64,000 bases of DNA from an uncultured Candidatus Rokubacteria bacterium (GTDB taxonomy: Bacteria > Methylomirabilota > Methylomirabilia > Rokubacteriales > CSP1-6): contig CAVWFS010000010.1 in NCBI GenBank assembly GCA_963754315.1, positions 1 through 64,000 on the forward strand, in the 5' to 3' direction. Below the pieces are notes generated by a model. It was given only the letters and a program-made list of their open reading frames with translations. It was not told the origin of the DNA and made no database searches. The position numbers and the translations under genes were made by a program. The first letter of the stretch is position 1. Every line of letters starts with the position of its first letter. Positions 1 through 10,449 of the stretch are shown in pieces.

Positions 1-62
1 AAATTCCATTCGCTGGACCTCTACCCTATTCGTCCTTCACCGCGACGCCGAAAGCGAATTGG

Positions 63-401
63 TTAGATGGGCCATCCGTGTTCGGCGATATCGACCCGAT
101 TGCCCTCCGGGTCACGTATCCAGCTTTCCGCCACGGCTCCGAAGGTGTTCGACTCCGCGGTCGTGTCGGCGGCGTCCACGATGGCCTGGACGCTTTCCAC
201 CTCGAAGCCGAAGTGATTGATGCCCCACGGGATATCCGTTCATTGGATCAGGGCGATGCCCACGAAGCCATCGGACAGGTAGATCGTGCCGTTGGGCCCG
301 CGGTACTTTTCCTCCACGCCGAAGATCTTCTTGTAGTACTCGGCGACCTGGTCGCGGTCCTGGACGTTTAGGGCGATGTGCCGGATCCTCGGCTTCGTCA
401 T
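63..401 (-). CDS. VOC/glyoxalase-family protein with one in-frame TGA (codon 54); candidate selenoprotein or pseudogene
   Basis: Manual translation: MTKPRIRHIALNVQDRDQVAEYYKKIFGVEEKYRGPNGTIYLSDGFVGIALIQ*TDIPWGINHFGFEVESVQAIVDAADTTAESNTFGAVAESWIRDPEGNRVDIAEHGWPI. VOC motifs RHIAL, HFGF, DPEGNRVD; SD GGAGGT just upstream. Absent from the ORF track because of the TGA. Confidence 0.85.
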
Positions 402-1350
402 GGCCACCTCCCTAGCCGAGCGCGGCGACGCCGGCGTTGGCTATCTGCTCGTCCTGGTGAGCCTGGACTCCCATCGCCCACTACAGCGATGGTGACGTTC
501 CACTGGCGCCGTTATGCTATCGCGACTCGCCGGGGCCGAGCGACCGGTCCACTAGCCGCGTTCCGGCTCTACGGCCCGTCACTTCGCCGTCGAAGTCTGC
601 CAGCATCGGCTTCCTGAATCCTTGCGACCACGTCATCGTCAGCACGGGGCGGCGTCCGGCATGGGGCGCGCCATCCACAGGCCGCCAGCCGAGAGGGCGC
701 CGGCCAGGCTCAAGGCCATTTCCCCTCTCTGGGCGGCGCTCAGGGCCTGGCGTTGGCCGTCACTCTCTGCCCGGCCAATCCCGCGCTCCCACGGCTGCGT
801 CTGCGAGCGGGAGCATCGCGCGGGCACGCGGCCAGCGTCAAGGGTCTCGCCCATCAGACTCGATCGTCCACCGCTTGCGAGCACCTGGGTGACCGCGAGA
901 CCGACCGCCCAGCAGGGGCGCAGAGCGCCAGGATTGCTATGACGGGTTCCTTGGTGCCTTGGTGTGTTCCCCGTCCTGCCGAGATCGTGACTGCCGGGAC
1001 TCTGAGCCGGCGGCACGTCGATGACCAATCGACCTAGGCAACGCGGCACTTACGCGACGCGGTGGGACGGGCATCGCCGTGTCTCCCAATTCGACGCGGC
1101 CACCCTCAGGGCGGGAACGCCACGTGAGGCGAACATTGGGTGGGAGAAGCGGTAGATATCAGTCGTCATTGGCTGATCGTACTGTGCCTCAACCCGGCGC
1201 GTGTACCGGGTGACGCTCCGCCGAGTATTCGGACCATACGCGGGTAGAAAGGGGACCTCACGGTCACGGCACCCTGATCGGGTACACTTCCATTCAGACC
1301 GGCAATGGCGTGGCTGGGCGCTCGGCGTACGGTTCGCTGAAAGGGGCTCC

Positions 1351-2927
1351 ATGAAACCGCTTCGCGGCGGCTACCGATTGGTGGCGCTGTCCCTGATCGC
1401 GCTCTTGTCCTCAGCGACTGCCCTCAACGCCCAGCTGCCGTCACGTGAGCAACCGCGGTTCGGCGGCGTGCTGAAGGTCGCGATGATCGGCGAGCCGCCC
1501 TCGCTCGATCCGCAGAGGAGTAACGCGGGCATCACCCTTGGGATCATGCGGCATGTCTTCGAGGCGCTCTACACCCCCGACAAGGACTGGAGCCCAATTC
1601 CCCACCTCGCCGAAGGCCATACAGTGTCCGACGGAGGGCGCCAGCACACGATCACGTTGCGCAAGGGCGTCAGGTTCCACAACGGCACAGAGATGACTGC
1701 GGCCGACGTGGTGGCCTCGCTGAACCGGTGGGGTCGGATGAACGCGATCGGAAGGGCGCTCTGGAAGTCGGTGGAAGCAGTGGACGGCAAGGGCCCCTAC
1801 GAGATCGTGATCCACCTCAAGGAACCTGCCGGAGCTCTCCTGTCCGGACTCGCTAACAACACCGCCGTGATCTACCCCAAGGAGATCATCGAGGCGACGG
1901 GCGACGGGCAGCTCAAGGCATTCATTGGCACGGGCCCCTTCCGCTTCGTGGAGCACAAGTCGGACCGTCACATCAGGCTCGCCCGCTTCAAGGAGTACGC
2001 CGCACGGAGCGAGCCGCCGAACGGGACCGGGGGGAAACGCATTGCATACTTGGACGAGCTGCTGTTCATCCCCGTCCCTGATGTCGCCGTTCGGCTGGCG
2101 GGCGTCGAGCCGGAGGCTATCACTACGGCGAGCGGATGAAGCCGGACCAGTACGACCGCCTCCTCACCAGCCGCTCCGTCGAGTCCCGCATCTTCAGCCC
2201 GTCGGTCTGGGCCACGGCGGTGCTCAACCACAAGCAAGGCCCGATGACCGGGAAGAAGCTCCGGCAGGCGTTCCAGGCAGTCCTGGACATGGAGCCGATC
2301 ATGGTCGCGGGGGTCGGTCACCCGCTCTTCTATCGTCTGGACCCGGGGCTCTGGCCCCCGGAGCTCATCCTCCTGGCATTCGAAAGCGGGGGGCGCTTTC
2401 TACAACCAGAAGGACAAGGAGAAAGCCCGGCGGCTCCTCAAGGAAGCGGGCTACGCGGCCAACCGGTCCGCTGGCTGACCACGCAGCAGTACGAGTACAT
2501 GTACAAGACCGCCCTCGTCGCCAAGCAGCAGCTCGAAGAGGTCGGCTTCAAGATCGACCTTCAAGTCCTCGACTGGGCGACGCTCGCGCGGCACATGGGA
2601 AAGCCGGAGCTCTTCGATGTGGTCTCTACCGCAATCAGTTTGGAAGGTGGTCTGGACCCGGCGCTGCACTTCATGGTCCGCTGTGACTGGCCCGGCTGGT
2701 GGTGCCTCGAGGAGAAGGACCGACTGCTCGGCGAATTGGCCCGGGAGACGGACCTGGGGAAGCGGAAAGCCATCATCGACCGCATCCAGGTCCTCTTCTA
2801 CGAAGACGTGGGGCGGATCAAGTTTGGCGATGTATTTCAGCTGGCGGCGCTACGCAAGGAGCTCCGGGGCGACTTCCGCTCATTCCCGGCTTTCTACTTC
2901 TGGAACGCCTGGCTCGAAAAGAAGTAG
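1351..2927 (+). CDS. ABC transporter family-5 (Opp/Dpp) substrate-binding protein, frameshift near 2110-2135
   Basis: ORFs 1201..2139 and 2136..2927 join into one SBP: signal peptide, GGVLKVA, LRKGVRFHNG, IGTGPF. Confidence 0.85.
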
Positions 2928-3270
2928 GCGTCGCTCGGCGCCAGACCGCCTGAAGATCTACGTCGCCTGTCGTTCGCCAAAATTCCATCCGCCCGACCTG
3001 GCGGCCAACCGGGACCCTGGGGCTGTCCTTCGTCAAACCCCGTCCGCCTAGCTTGGCGTAGGCAGGTGGTAGCAGGAGAGGTAGTGCCGAAGGAAAAGGG
3101 TTGGCCCCTACGCCGCCTGTGCGAGGTGGGCTGAGTCGCGGGAGGGCGCAGTTCAGGGTGGAGATGGAAGCGGCCGAAGGCGAGTCCCGGGCTGTGCGTG
3201 CCTGGCGAGATGCGGCCCTAGCAATGCTGGACCATGCCGACTAATCGACTTTCTCGCGAGTGCTGCTTCG

Positions 3271-3290
3271 TGGTTCCACGTTGGTTCCAC
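3271..3290. repeat. Tandem direct repeat TGGTTCCAC x2 (11-bp period), integrase arm-site-like
   Basis: tggttccac-gt-tggttccac about 105 bp upstream of the tRNA fragment. Confidence 0.5.
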
Positions 3291-3394
3291 ATCACCCCGA
3301 TCGAGGCCATGCAGCGACTCGTCCGTCAATCCAGGAGCCTGCAGGATCAGTACGCTAAGCTCGTGATGCATCGTCGTACGCAGTCCCGGCGCCG

Positions 3395-3441
3395 GACTGT
3401 TAATCAGGATGTCGCAGGTTCGAGACCTGCCCGGGGAGCCA
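3395..3441 (+). mobile_element. 3' half of tRNA-Asn(GTT), att-like duplication; not an intact tRNA
   Basis: GACTGTTAATCAGGATGTCGCAGGTTCGAGACCTGCCCGGGGAGCCA has the anticodon loop CTGTTAA, T-arm GCAGG-TTCGAGA-CCTGC, 3' acceptor strand and CCA. No D-arm or 5' acceptor strand upstream. Confidence 0.8.
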
Positions 3442-3858
3442 ACATTAATCAGCTGGACGTCTTGAAGGGGCCGGCCCCCATCTGACGCCGAGATCTCGGC
3501 CGACACCGGCAGCGCAGCTCCCCCTGCGCCCTACGATCGACGCGACGCGGCGCTTGGCCATACGGCCCCCAAAACGGCCGCCAGTGAACGAGACACTCCG
3601 GGTCCCAACCGGCAAGGCGTCCATTGACGATCCCGAAACGTAGTCGGCGCAGCCTCTCCCCTCATCTGAATTCAGAGCCTGACCGACCTTCTTCGCCTAA
3701 TACCCGCGTGACACTGTTACGCAGGTTGTTACGCCTATCAACGTACAGAGGAAGTGATTCTCATCAGGCCCAGTACCCCGCTCGGCCCAAGCCGCGCCGG
3801 AGTAGAAAGGAGGCATGTTCGGCTACAGAGGTGCAACCCAAACACGAAGGAGACGAGC

Positions 3859-4280
3859 GTGCAGAGACACTACCTCGCCCTGATGCTCACCGGACTCCTG
3901 CTCCTCGCCGGAGGTGGAGCCGCCCTCGCACAGCACTCGAGCCCGGATGTCATCCCACCCAACGCTCACCCGCACGACAAGACCTGGTAATGGCTTTAAC
4001 CCCCGTCCGGTGAACGACCACCCGCTGTTCGACACCGCAGACTGTAGGACGGGCCAATCTGGTCACGTATGGTTCCTGGGCGCGACCTTCACAGCCGTGT
4101 CACCCGAACCCGGTGTTGTCATTGGCACCGCCGCGCGGCCACTGCACGGTGCCTGCGGGTACGGCGCTCTTCTTCCCCATCATCGACGCGGAGTGCGCCG
4201 CTGCTGAGGGCAACGGCACGAGCGACGCCGGGTTGCGCACGTGCGCCCGAGCCACGATCGATCGTACGACCAAGGATGCG
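3859..4280 (+). pseudogene. Degraded paralogue of the adjacent secreted protein
   Basis: Signal peptide then DKTW* (YGEWS block deleted, premature TAA); HPLFD..GQSGHVWFLG and CTVPAGTALFFPIIDAEC lie in other frames; truncated. Confidence 0.7.
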
Positions 4281-4310
4281 ATGACATCTTCGATGAGGAA
4301 GGAGGACTCG

Positions 4311-5072
4311 ATGACACGTCACAGAACAATCTCTCAATGCCGCGTCGCGATTTTGGGTGCTAGCCTGGGATTCGCCCTTTGCACGGTACCTGTCTATGCC
4401 GACGCGAACGACAAGGAACAGCCAACCATCTATGGCAAGACCTATGGGGAGTGGTCCGTGAAGTGGTGGCAATGGGCGGTTGCTGGCCGCGATGGCGAGA
4501 ACGCTGTGCAGGATGAGACAGGAGAGTTTTGCGCGGTGCATCAGCCAAAAGGCGCGGTCTGGTTTCTTGCGGGCAGCGGCCTCACGGGCGTGGAGCGCTC
4601 ATGCACCATTCCCCGAAACCGGGCTCTGTTTTATCCCCTTGTCAGTACGGTTTGGACCGACTGTCCGGGCACCACGGACGAAAAACTAAGCGACGCAGAA
4701 GTCCGAGGTATTTTAGCGACCTTTCTCCCCGGGGGAGATCCTACCTGCCAAATCACGAGTACACTTGACGGAGTCTCGATCTCAAGCCTTCAGATACTCA
4801 CCGTGCGGACGCAGTCGCCGAAATTTACGAGTATTTTGCCGCAGAACCATCTCCCGGATTTCGGTGGTTGCGGGTTCGAGTTGCCTGCGGGGAGAACGGG
4901 ACGCCAGATCTCCGAGGGATACTGGATCATGCTGCCACCGTTGTCTCCGGGAAAACACGTGCTCACGCTACATGGCGCCGGATGCAACCCTGCAACGGGT
5001 AAGGCTTTCTTCGAGAGTGGGGTTACCTATCACCTTACCGTCCTTGGTGGCCACAACAAGGATGATGACTAG
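4311..5072 (+). CDS. Secreted Cys-containing hypothetical protein (YGKTYGEWS..WWQW family)
   Basis: SD GGAGG before ATG 4311; signal peptide; YGKTYGEWSVKWWQWA, VWFLAGS, EGYWIMLPPLSPGKHVL. Confidence 0.8.
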   Translation: MTRHRTISQCRVAILGASLGFALCTVPVYADANDKEQPTIYGKTYGEWSVKWWQWAVAGRDGENAVQDETGEFCAVHQPKGAVWFLAGSGLTGVERSCTIPRNRALFYPLVSTVWTDCPGTTDEKLSDAEVRGILATFLPGGDPTCQITSTLDGVSISSLQILTVRTQSPKFTSILPQNHLPDFGGCGFELPAGRTGRQISEGYWIMLPPLSPGKHVLTLHGAGCNPATGKAFFESGVTYHLTVLGGHNKDDD

Positions 5073-5434
5073 CAGAGCACCGTTCTCGAGCGTGACGGTG
5101 GTGGAGCGGCCGATAAGGGCGCGGAGGAAGGTCCAGACGCCCAGGACAAGGATCATTGCAGCTCCCAACGGTGAGGGGCCCGGTCCAAGCTCAGCACGAA
5201 GGCCCTGCGGTGGGAGTACTGGCACCAGGAGCAGCGGTCGCAGCCTCCACCTGGATCGTAGGAGTGCCAGCGTCCAGAGGGCCCCCGCCCGAGTGTCAGC
5301 GCCGCTCTCGACCCTCGATAGAGCTCCATCTTGCTCCTGACCGCCTTACTCAGTCGCGCGCGCCCCCTATCTAGCCTGTCTCGCACGGAGCCCGCCAGTG
5401 CAGTTGAACCACACTCTCCACGAGTGTGATTTCC

Positions 5435-5507
5435 CAAAACCTTTCCCCCACGTAGCGGGCTGATTCTCAAAACCTTTCCCCCAGGGTTTCTCAAAACCTT
5501 TCCCCCA
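5435..5507 (+). repeat. IS21 left-end repeats CAAAACCTTTCCCCCA x3
   Basis: Copies at 5435, 5468 and 5492; two inverted related copies at 8071-8121. Confidence 0.9.
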
Positions 5508-5562
5508 CCCGGAGCCCGGCGGCCAAGCTGGGCCGTGGTTACCCCCGACCGAGGAGGTGGTC

Positions 5563-7145
5563 ATGGCCTACCGGGAGCTGGGTGTGATCGAGATTCGCGA
5601 GGTGCTGCGGCGGTTCTGCCTGGGGGAAGGTCTGCGCGCGATCGCGCGCGGGACCGGGAGCGACCGTAAGACGGTCGCCAAGTACGTGGCCGCCGCGCAC
5701 GGCCGCCGGGCTGCGCCGGGGGGATCCGGGGCCGACGGACGCCCACGTGGCGGCCGTGCTGGCCGCCGTCCGCGCCCTCGGGGGCGGCCGGCCCGGGCAG
5801 GTCCCCGACCGGCTGACGCCGCATCGCGAGCAGATCGCCACCTGGCTCGGCCGAGGGCCTGCGGCTGACGAAGATCCATCGCCGGCTGCGCGCCCACGGC
5901 GTCACCGTGCCGTACAGCTCCCTGCATCGCTTCGCGCGGGCCCACCTGGGCTTCGGCGCCCCCGCCATGACCGTCCGCGTGGCCGAGCCCCCGCCGGGCG
6001 AGGCGGCCGAGGTCGACTTCGGCCTGCTCGGGCTGTGGCTCGATCCTGATCGCGCAGCGGCGCCGCCGCGTGTACGGCTTGCTCGTCACGCTCTGCTTCA
6101 GCCGCTACGCGTTTCTGGCCATCACCCTGCGCCAGGATCTCGCGGCCGTCCTCGACGGCCTGGAGAGCGCCTGGGTGTTCTTCGGCGGCGTGGTCAAGCG
6201 CCTCGTCGAGGACAATCTCAAGCCCGTCGTCACCCGCGCCGATCGCTACACGCCCGGGATCGACCGCGTGTTTCTCGAGTACGCGCAGTACCGGGGCTTC
6301 GTCGTCGACCCCGCCGTCGTCCGCCACGCGACGGGAAAACCGAAAGTGGAGCGCGGGATTCCCTACTGCCGCCAAGATTTCTTCCGCGGCGAGACCTTCC
6401 GCGACCTGGCCGAGATGCAGGCGCGCGCCGTCCGCTGGTGCCGCGACATCGCCGGCACCCGCGTGCACGGCACCACGCGCCAGGTCCCTCGCGTCGTGTT
6501 CGAGACGGTGGAGCAGCCGACGCTCCTGCCGCTCGCGCCCGCGCCCTTTGATCGCCCGACGTGGGCGAAGGCCACCGTCCATCCCGATCATCACATCCAG
6601 TTCCGCCACGCGCTGTACTCCGTGCCCACGCGCTACCTGGGCCAGCGCGTCGAGGTCCGCGGCGATTCCCGCCTCGTCCGGATCTACCACCATGGCGAGC
6701 TGATCAAGGTCCATCCGCCCCAGCCCGCCGGGCGGGCGGGCCACCGACTACACCGACTACCCCGCCGAGCGCGCCGCCTACGCCATGCGCGCGCCCGACG
6801 CCTGCGTCCGCCAGGCCGCGCAGGTCGGGCCCGCCGTCGGCCAGTTCGTGCGCGTGCTCCTGAGCGGCACCTTCCCCTGGGCGCGCCTGCGGCAAGCGCA
6901 GAAGCTGCTCCGGCTGGCCGAGCGCTACGGCGCCGCCCGCGTCAATGCCGCCTGTGCGCGCGCCCTGGGCTTCGAGCTGCTCGACGTCCGCCGCGTCGAG
7001 GACATCGTCCGCGCGGCGCTGGAGCGCGAGCCCGGCCCCGCCGAGCGCGGCACCGTCGTGCCGCTGCCCGCCCGCTTCGCCCGGGCGCCGCAGCAGCTTC
7101 GCCCATCCCCCACGCAAGGAGGACACCGATGGAGATCGCCCCTGA
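5563..7145 (+). CDS. istA: IS21 transposase IstA, several frameshifts
   Basis: N-terminal HTH (LRAIARGTGSDRKTVAKY), EAAEVDFG, DNLKPVV, KPKVER, HGTT, YSVP spread across ORFs 5557, 5747, 6070 and 6785. Confidence 0.88.
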
Positions 7146-8087
7146 TCTGGTCCGCCGCCTCAAGCGTCTGCGCCTGGGCGGCCTGCTGCCCACGCTGCCC
7201 GACCGCGCCACCCACGCGCGCCAGGCCAAGCTCGCCCGCTCGAGTTCCTCGAGCTCCTGCTCCAGGACGAGATCGATCGCCGCGACAGCCAGGGCCTGGT
7301 CCGGCGCCTCGAGGCCGCCGGCTTCGAGGAGCTCGTGACCTACGAGCAGCTCGTGTGGGACACCCCCGTGAGCTACGACCGCCCCCGCGTCCGCGAGCTC
7401 TTCGCCCTGCACTGGCTCGCCGCCCAGGAGAACGTCATCTTCTGCGGCCCGGTCGGGGTGGGCAAGAGCTGGTTCGCCCAGGCCCTGGGCCACAGCGCCT
7501 GCCGCGCCGGCCATCACGTCCGCTACAGCAAGGTCGCCAAGCTGCTGCTCGCCCTGCACCAGTCCCGCGCCGACAACTCCTTCGAGCGCGAACTGCGCAC
7601 CTGGCTGGCCCCCGACCTCATCATCCTCGACGACTTCGGGCTGCGGAAGCTCACGGCCCAGCAGTCCAGCGACTTCTACGACGTCCTCGTCGAGCGGGAC
7701 CGTCGCGAGGCCACGATCATCACGAGCAATCGCGCCGTGGACGAGTGGGTGGCCCTCTTCGACGATCCGATCCTCGCCAACAGCGCGCTCGACCGCTTCG
7801 CCCACCGCGCCCACCAGATCGTCATGGAGGGGCCGAGCCTGCGCGCCGCCCGGGCGCCTAGCACCAGCGAAGGGGAGCGCGCGCTCCGGCGAAAACGGCC
7901 GCGCCGGGGGGATAGCAGATATGGGTCGCCGCGAGAACGTGGCGCTACGAGGCTCTCCGGCCCTCGGTCTCCCGCCGCCCGGGCCCCAGGATCGGCCGTC
8001 AGCGCGAAAAGGGCTTGCTCAAGGGGCTCAGGATGCCGTAAGCAGAGAACGACTGCCGGCGCCTCTGGGGTGGTGGAAAGGTTTTGA
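7129..8087 (+). CDS. istB: IS21 helper ATPase IstB, frameshift near 7240; true stop may be near 7915
   Basis: MEIAPDLVRRLKRLRL start after AGGAGG; Walker A GPVGVGKS, Walker B LIILDDFG, ITSN, ALDRFAH. Confidence 0.9.
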
Positions 8088-8247
8088 GAATCCCCTGGGG
8101 GAAACCTTTTGGGAAATGACAAGGAGGTCACAAATGACACTCTGGGCGATGAAGAGGTCCGGGGAGGTGATCGGGAGACGAGTGTAAAGGACACGATCGG
8201 AATGATGACGGTATGCGATTAACAAGTTAAGGTACCAGGAGGCTGTC

Positions 8248-9039
8248 ATGAAGACACGGCGCACGAAGAACTGGAGAACCGTTGTCATCTCGCTCGCTGC
8301 CCCGCTGGCGCTTCTGGTTCCTATGCTCGGTGAAGCTGGAGCGATGGGCGAAGCAACTGGCCTGCTGGCAGGTAAAGGCTGCTTACGTATATCCACTCGG
8401 CCCCTCTCTGACTTTCTGGTCGCCCAAGGAACGTTGAACAACCCACCGCAGTTCTATGAACCTGTAAAAGACTACGTAGGTTGGGCCGATGGCTCCTTCG
8501 TTACTTTCGCGCTTGTTGACTATGCCGGGCTGGCGAACGAGTACATCAAGAGCCAGACGGGGCGTTCGCTCGGTACCAAGGTGAGTGGGGTTGTCCTCGA
8601 GTGTAAGCGCGCCGATGGCAAAGCTCAGATAGCGATCGCCCTCTTCACCACGCGGGCGTTGGGGTTTGCCCAATCTATCGCGGATCTTCAGGAAAACGAT
8701 TTCGACGGGATCGTCACCCCTACCATCTTCGGTGCCAAGACGGTCGAGGTCGTTAGCGGCGCGCAGGCCGCAGTTGGACCTGTGGTTCTCTTAACGACCT
8801 TCTCCATCGCTGCGCCTGGGGCCAAATTGCCTGACTTCCTGGACGTCGTCAACGACACTCCCACGTACGCACCGATCAAGTTGAGCTTTACGTCGACCAC
8901 GTTCGGTAAGTGTGCGAACGGCACGCGAGCTCGCCTGGACGTGCATCAGGTGGCCGCCACGAATGACGAGGGTGACTTGGTGTTTTCGAAGGAGATAGTA
9001 GAGCTGACTGACAACGACGGCGACGACTGTGTAGATTAG
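8248..9039 (+). CDS. Secreted hypothetical protein
   Basis: 263-aa ORF, SD AGGAGG, N-terminal signal peptide; family not recognised. Confidence 0.75.
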   Translation: MKTRRTKNWRTVVISLAAPLALLVPMLGEAGAMGEATGLLAGKGCLRISTRPLSDFLVAQGTLNNPPQFYEPVKDYVGWADGSFVTFALVDYAGLANEYIKSQTGRSLGTKVSGVVLECKRADGKAQIAIALFTTRALGFAQSIADLQENDFDGIVTPTIFGAKTVEVVSGAQAAVGPVVLLTTFSIAAPGAKLPDFLDVVNDTPTYAPIKLSFTSTTFGKCANGTRARLDVHQVAATNDEGDLVFSKEIVELTDNDGDDCVD

Positions 9040-9269
9040 AGATTGTCGAACACAGGGGCAGTGGCACAGCGCGGCGGTGGGACAAGGGCGATGCATGTGG
9101 GTCATCTATTGCCTGACTGAGGTAATCCCATGGCCAAGCCCTCGCCAGCGTTTTAGCTTCGGTGACGGACAACGGCGTGCCCGTCGCTAGTTAGCGGCGC
9201 CGATTTGATCTCGTGTCTCGCCAATAAGCGTCCAAGGTTGAGCCCCGACCCCGCCCGGACCGCGCGCTC

Positions 9270-9530
9270 CCCGAGATCAAGATCGCCGGTCTGAGCGCGA
9301 AGGCCTCGCCCGGCCGCAGTCCGGCCTTGGTCAGAATCGCGAACAGGGTGCCATACGGACGTTCCCTCGCGGCAATCTCGAGGAACGCGTCGCGCTGGTC
9401 CCAGCTGATCGGCCGTACCCTCTGCAGCCGCTCTGCGGCATTCAGCTTATCCGCGCGCGACGCCGTCCGGCGGCCGAGCTGGAGAGCGGTGTTGACGGCG
9501 ATGATCCCGTCGTCGACTTCGGCCGAGAGG
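9270..9530 (-). pseudogene. Tyrosine recombinase/integrase fragment
   Basis: VDDGIIAVN...YGTLFAILTKAGLRPGEAFALRP (box I catalytic Arg); HxxR and catalytic Tyr region missing. Confidence 0.75.
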
Positions 9531-9653
9531 CGCCGCCGGAGAGAGGCGCGTAATGTCCGAAAACTCATCCCATGCTCAGGCTGCGCGGTGGTCGTAGCGC
9601 AACAGCCCTCCTAGCCGGTCTCGACCGCGTACCCGAGGGCGGCAGCTCCGCGC

Positions 9654-9734
9654 GTCGGGGAGTTCTGGATCGACGGCCACATGCGCAACATCCCCGACCA
9701 CTTTCATGCCCACGCCGGCTTCTTCGGGCGCTAG
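9654..9734 (+). pseudogene. 3' fragment of a small HIT-like protein gene
   Basis: Reads VGEFWIDGHMRNIPDHFHAHAGFFGR* with an HxHxH triad; no 5' part. Confidence 0.55.
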
Positions 9735-9784
9735 GACCAGGTCCATTGCAGTCCGGAGACCGTCGTGCTAATGCAATCGGCACC

Positions 9785-10425
9785 ATGAGCAGCTTTCACT
9801 TCGAGCTGCGCGACCTGCCACCCGAGGCCGAGGCCTTCCGGGACGAGGTCCGCGCCTTCCTGCGCACGGAGCTGGGCAGCCGAGCCTCGGTGCGCCGCGC
9901 GCGCTCGTGGGGCGGCTTGAGCCGCAAGATGGGCGCCCGTGGGTTCATCGGGTGACGTGGTCTAAGCGCTACGGCGGCCAGGAGCGCTCGTTCCTGGAGC
10001 GCTACGTCCTGCTGGAGAAGTTGCGCGCCGCGGGGGCCGGCGGGCGCTCACTGGGTGGCCGAGCGCCAGAGCGGCCCGTTGCTGCTGCGCTTCGGCACCG
10101 AGGCGCAGCGTCTGGCCGGCCACGTGGCGGCGGCGGGCATCGCCGCAGAGAACGCCTTGCGCGCCGCCGATCGCGGCGACCCGGTATTCGAGGTGGTGGT
10201 GGCCAAGGTACGCGCCGGGGAGGCGGCCGGTATCGGCTCTGCATCGCCCACCAGGCCCACGGCGCCATCGGCTTCACCTACGCACACTCGCTGCACTTCT
10301 CGACGCGGCCGCTGTGGTCGTGGCGCGCCGAGTTCGGCAGCGAGAGCCGCTGGGCCATCGAGCTGGGGCGGCGCGTCGCCGCGACCGGCGCCGATCGCTT
10401 GTGGAGTGAGCTCACCGCGCGCTGA
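9785..10425 (+). pseudogene. Acyl-CoA dehydrogenase remnant, N- and C-terminal parts joined by a deletion
   Basis: FRDEVRAFL..KRYGGQERS..ERQSGPLLLRFGTEAQR joined to LAGHVAAA..AKVRAGEAAG..HQAHGAIGFTYAHSLH; the core is missing and there are frameshifts. Confidence 0.8.
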
Positions 10426-10449
10426 GCGCGTGCCGTCAAGGAGGACGCC

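Larger units (their letters stand above)
5425..8121 (+). mobile_element. IS21-family insertion sequence, about 2.7 kb
   Basis: TG...CA ends; IRL TGTGATTTCCCAAAACCTTTCCCCCA vs IRR (rc) TGTCATTTCCCAAAAGGTTTCCCCCA; subterminal repeats; encodes istA and istB. Confidence 0.93.

Noticed and set aside
420..1350. Several 80-140 aa ORFs and a CCATCGC/GCGATGG hairpin
   Set aside because: No recognisable motifs, SD or RNA family; left unannotated.
3370..3441. Intact tRNA-Asn
   Set aside because: The 5' acceptor strand and D-arm are missing.
5425..5507. Three near-identical repeats resembling a mini CRISPR array
   Set aside because: Spacers are short and unequal, inverted copies occur at 8071-8121, and no cas genes are present; these are IS21 end repeats.
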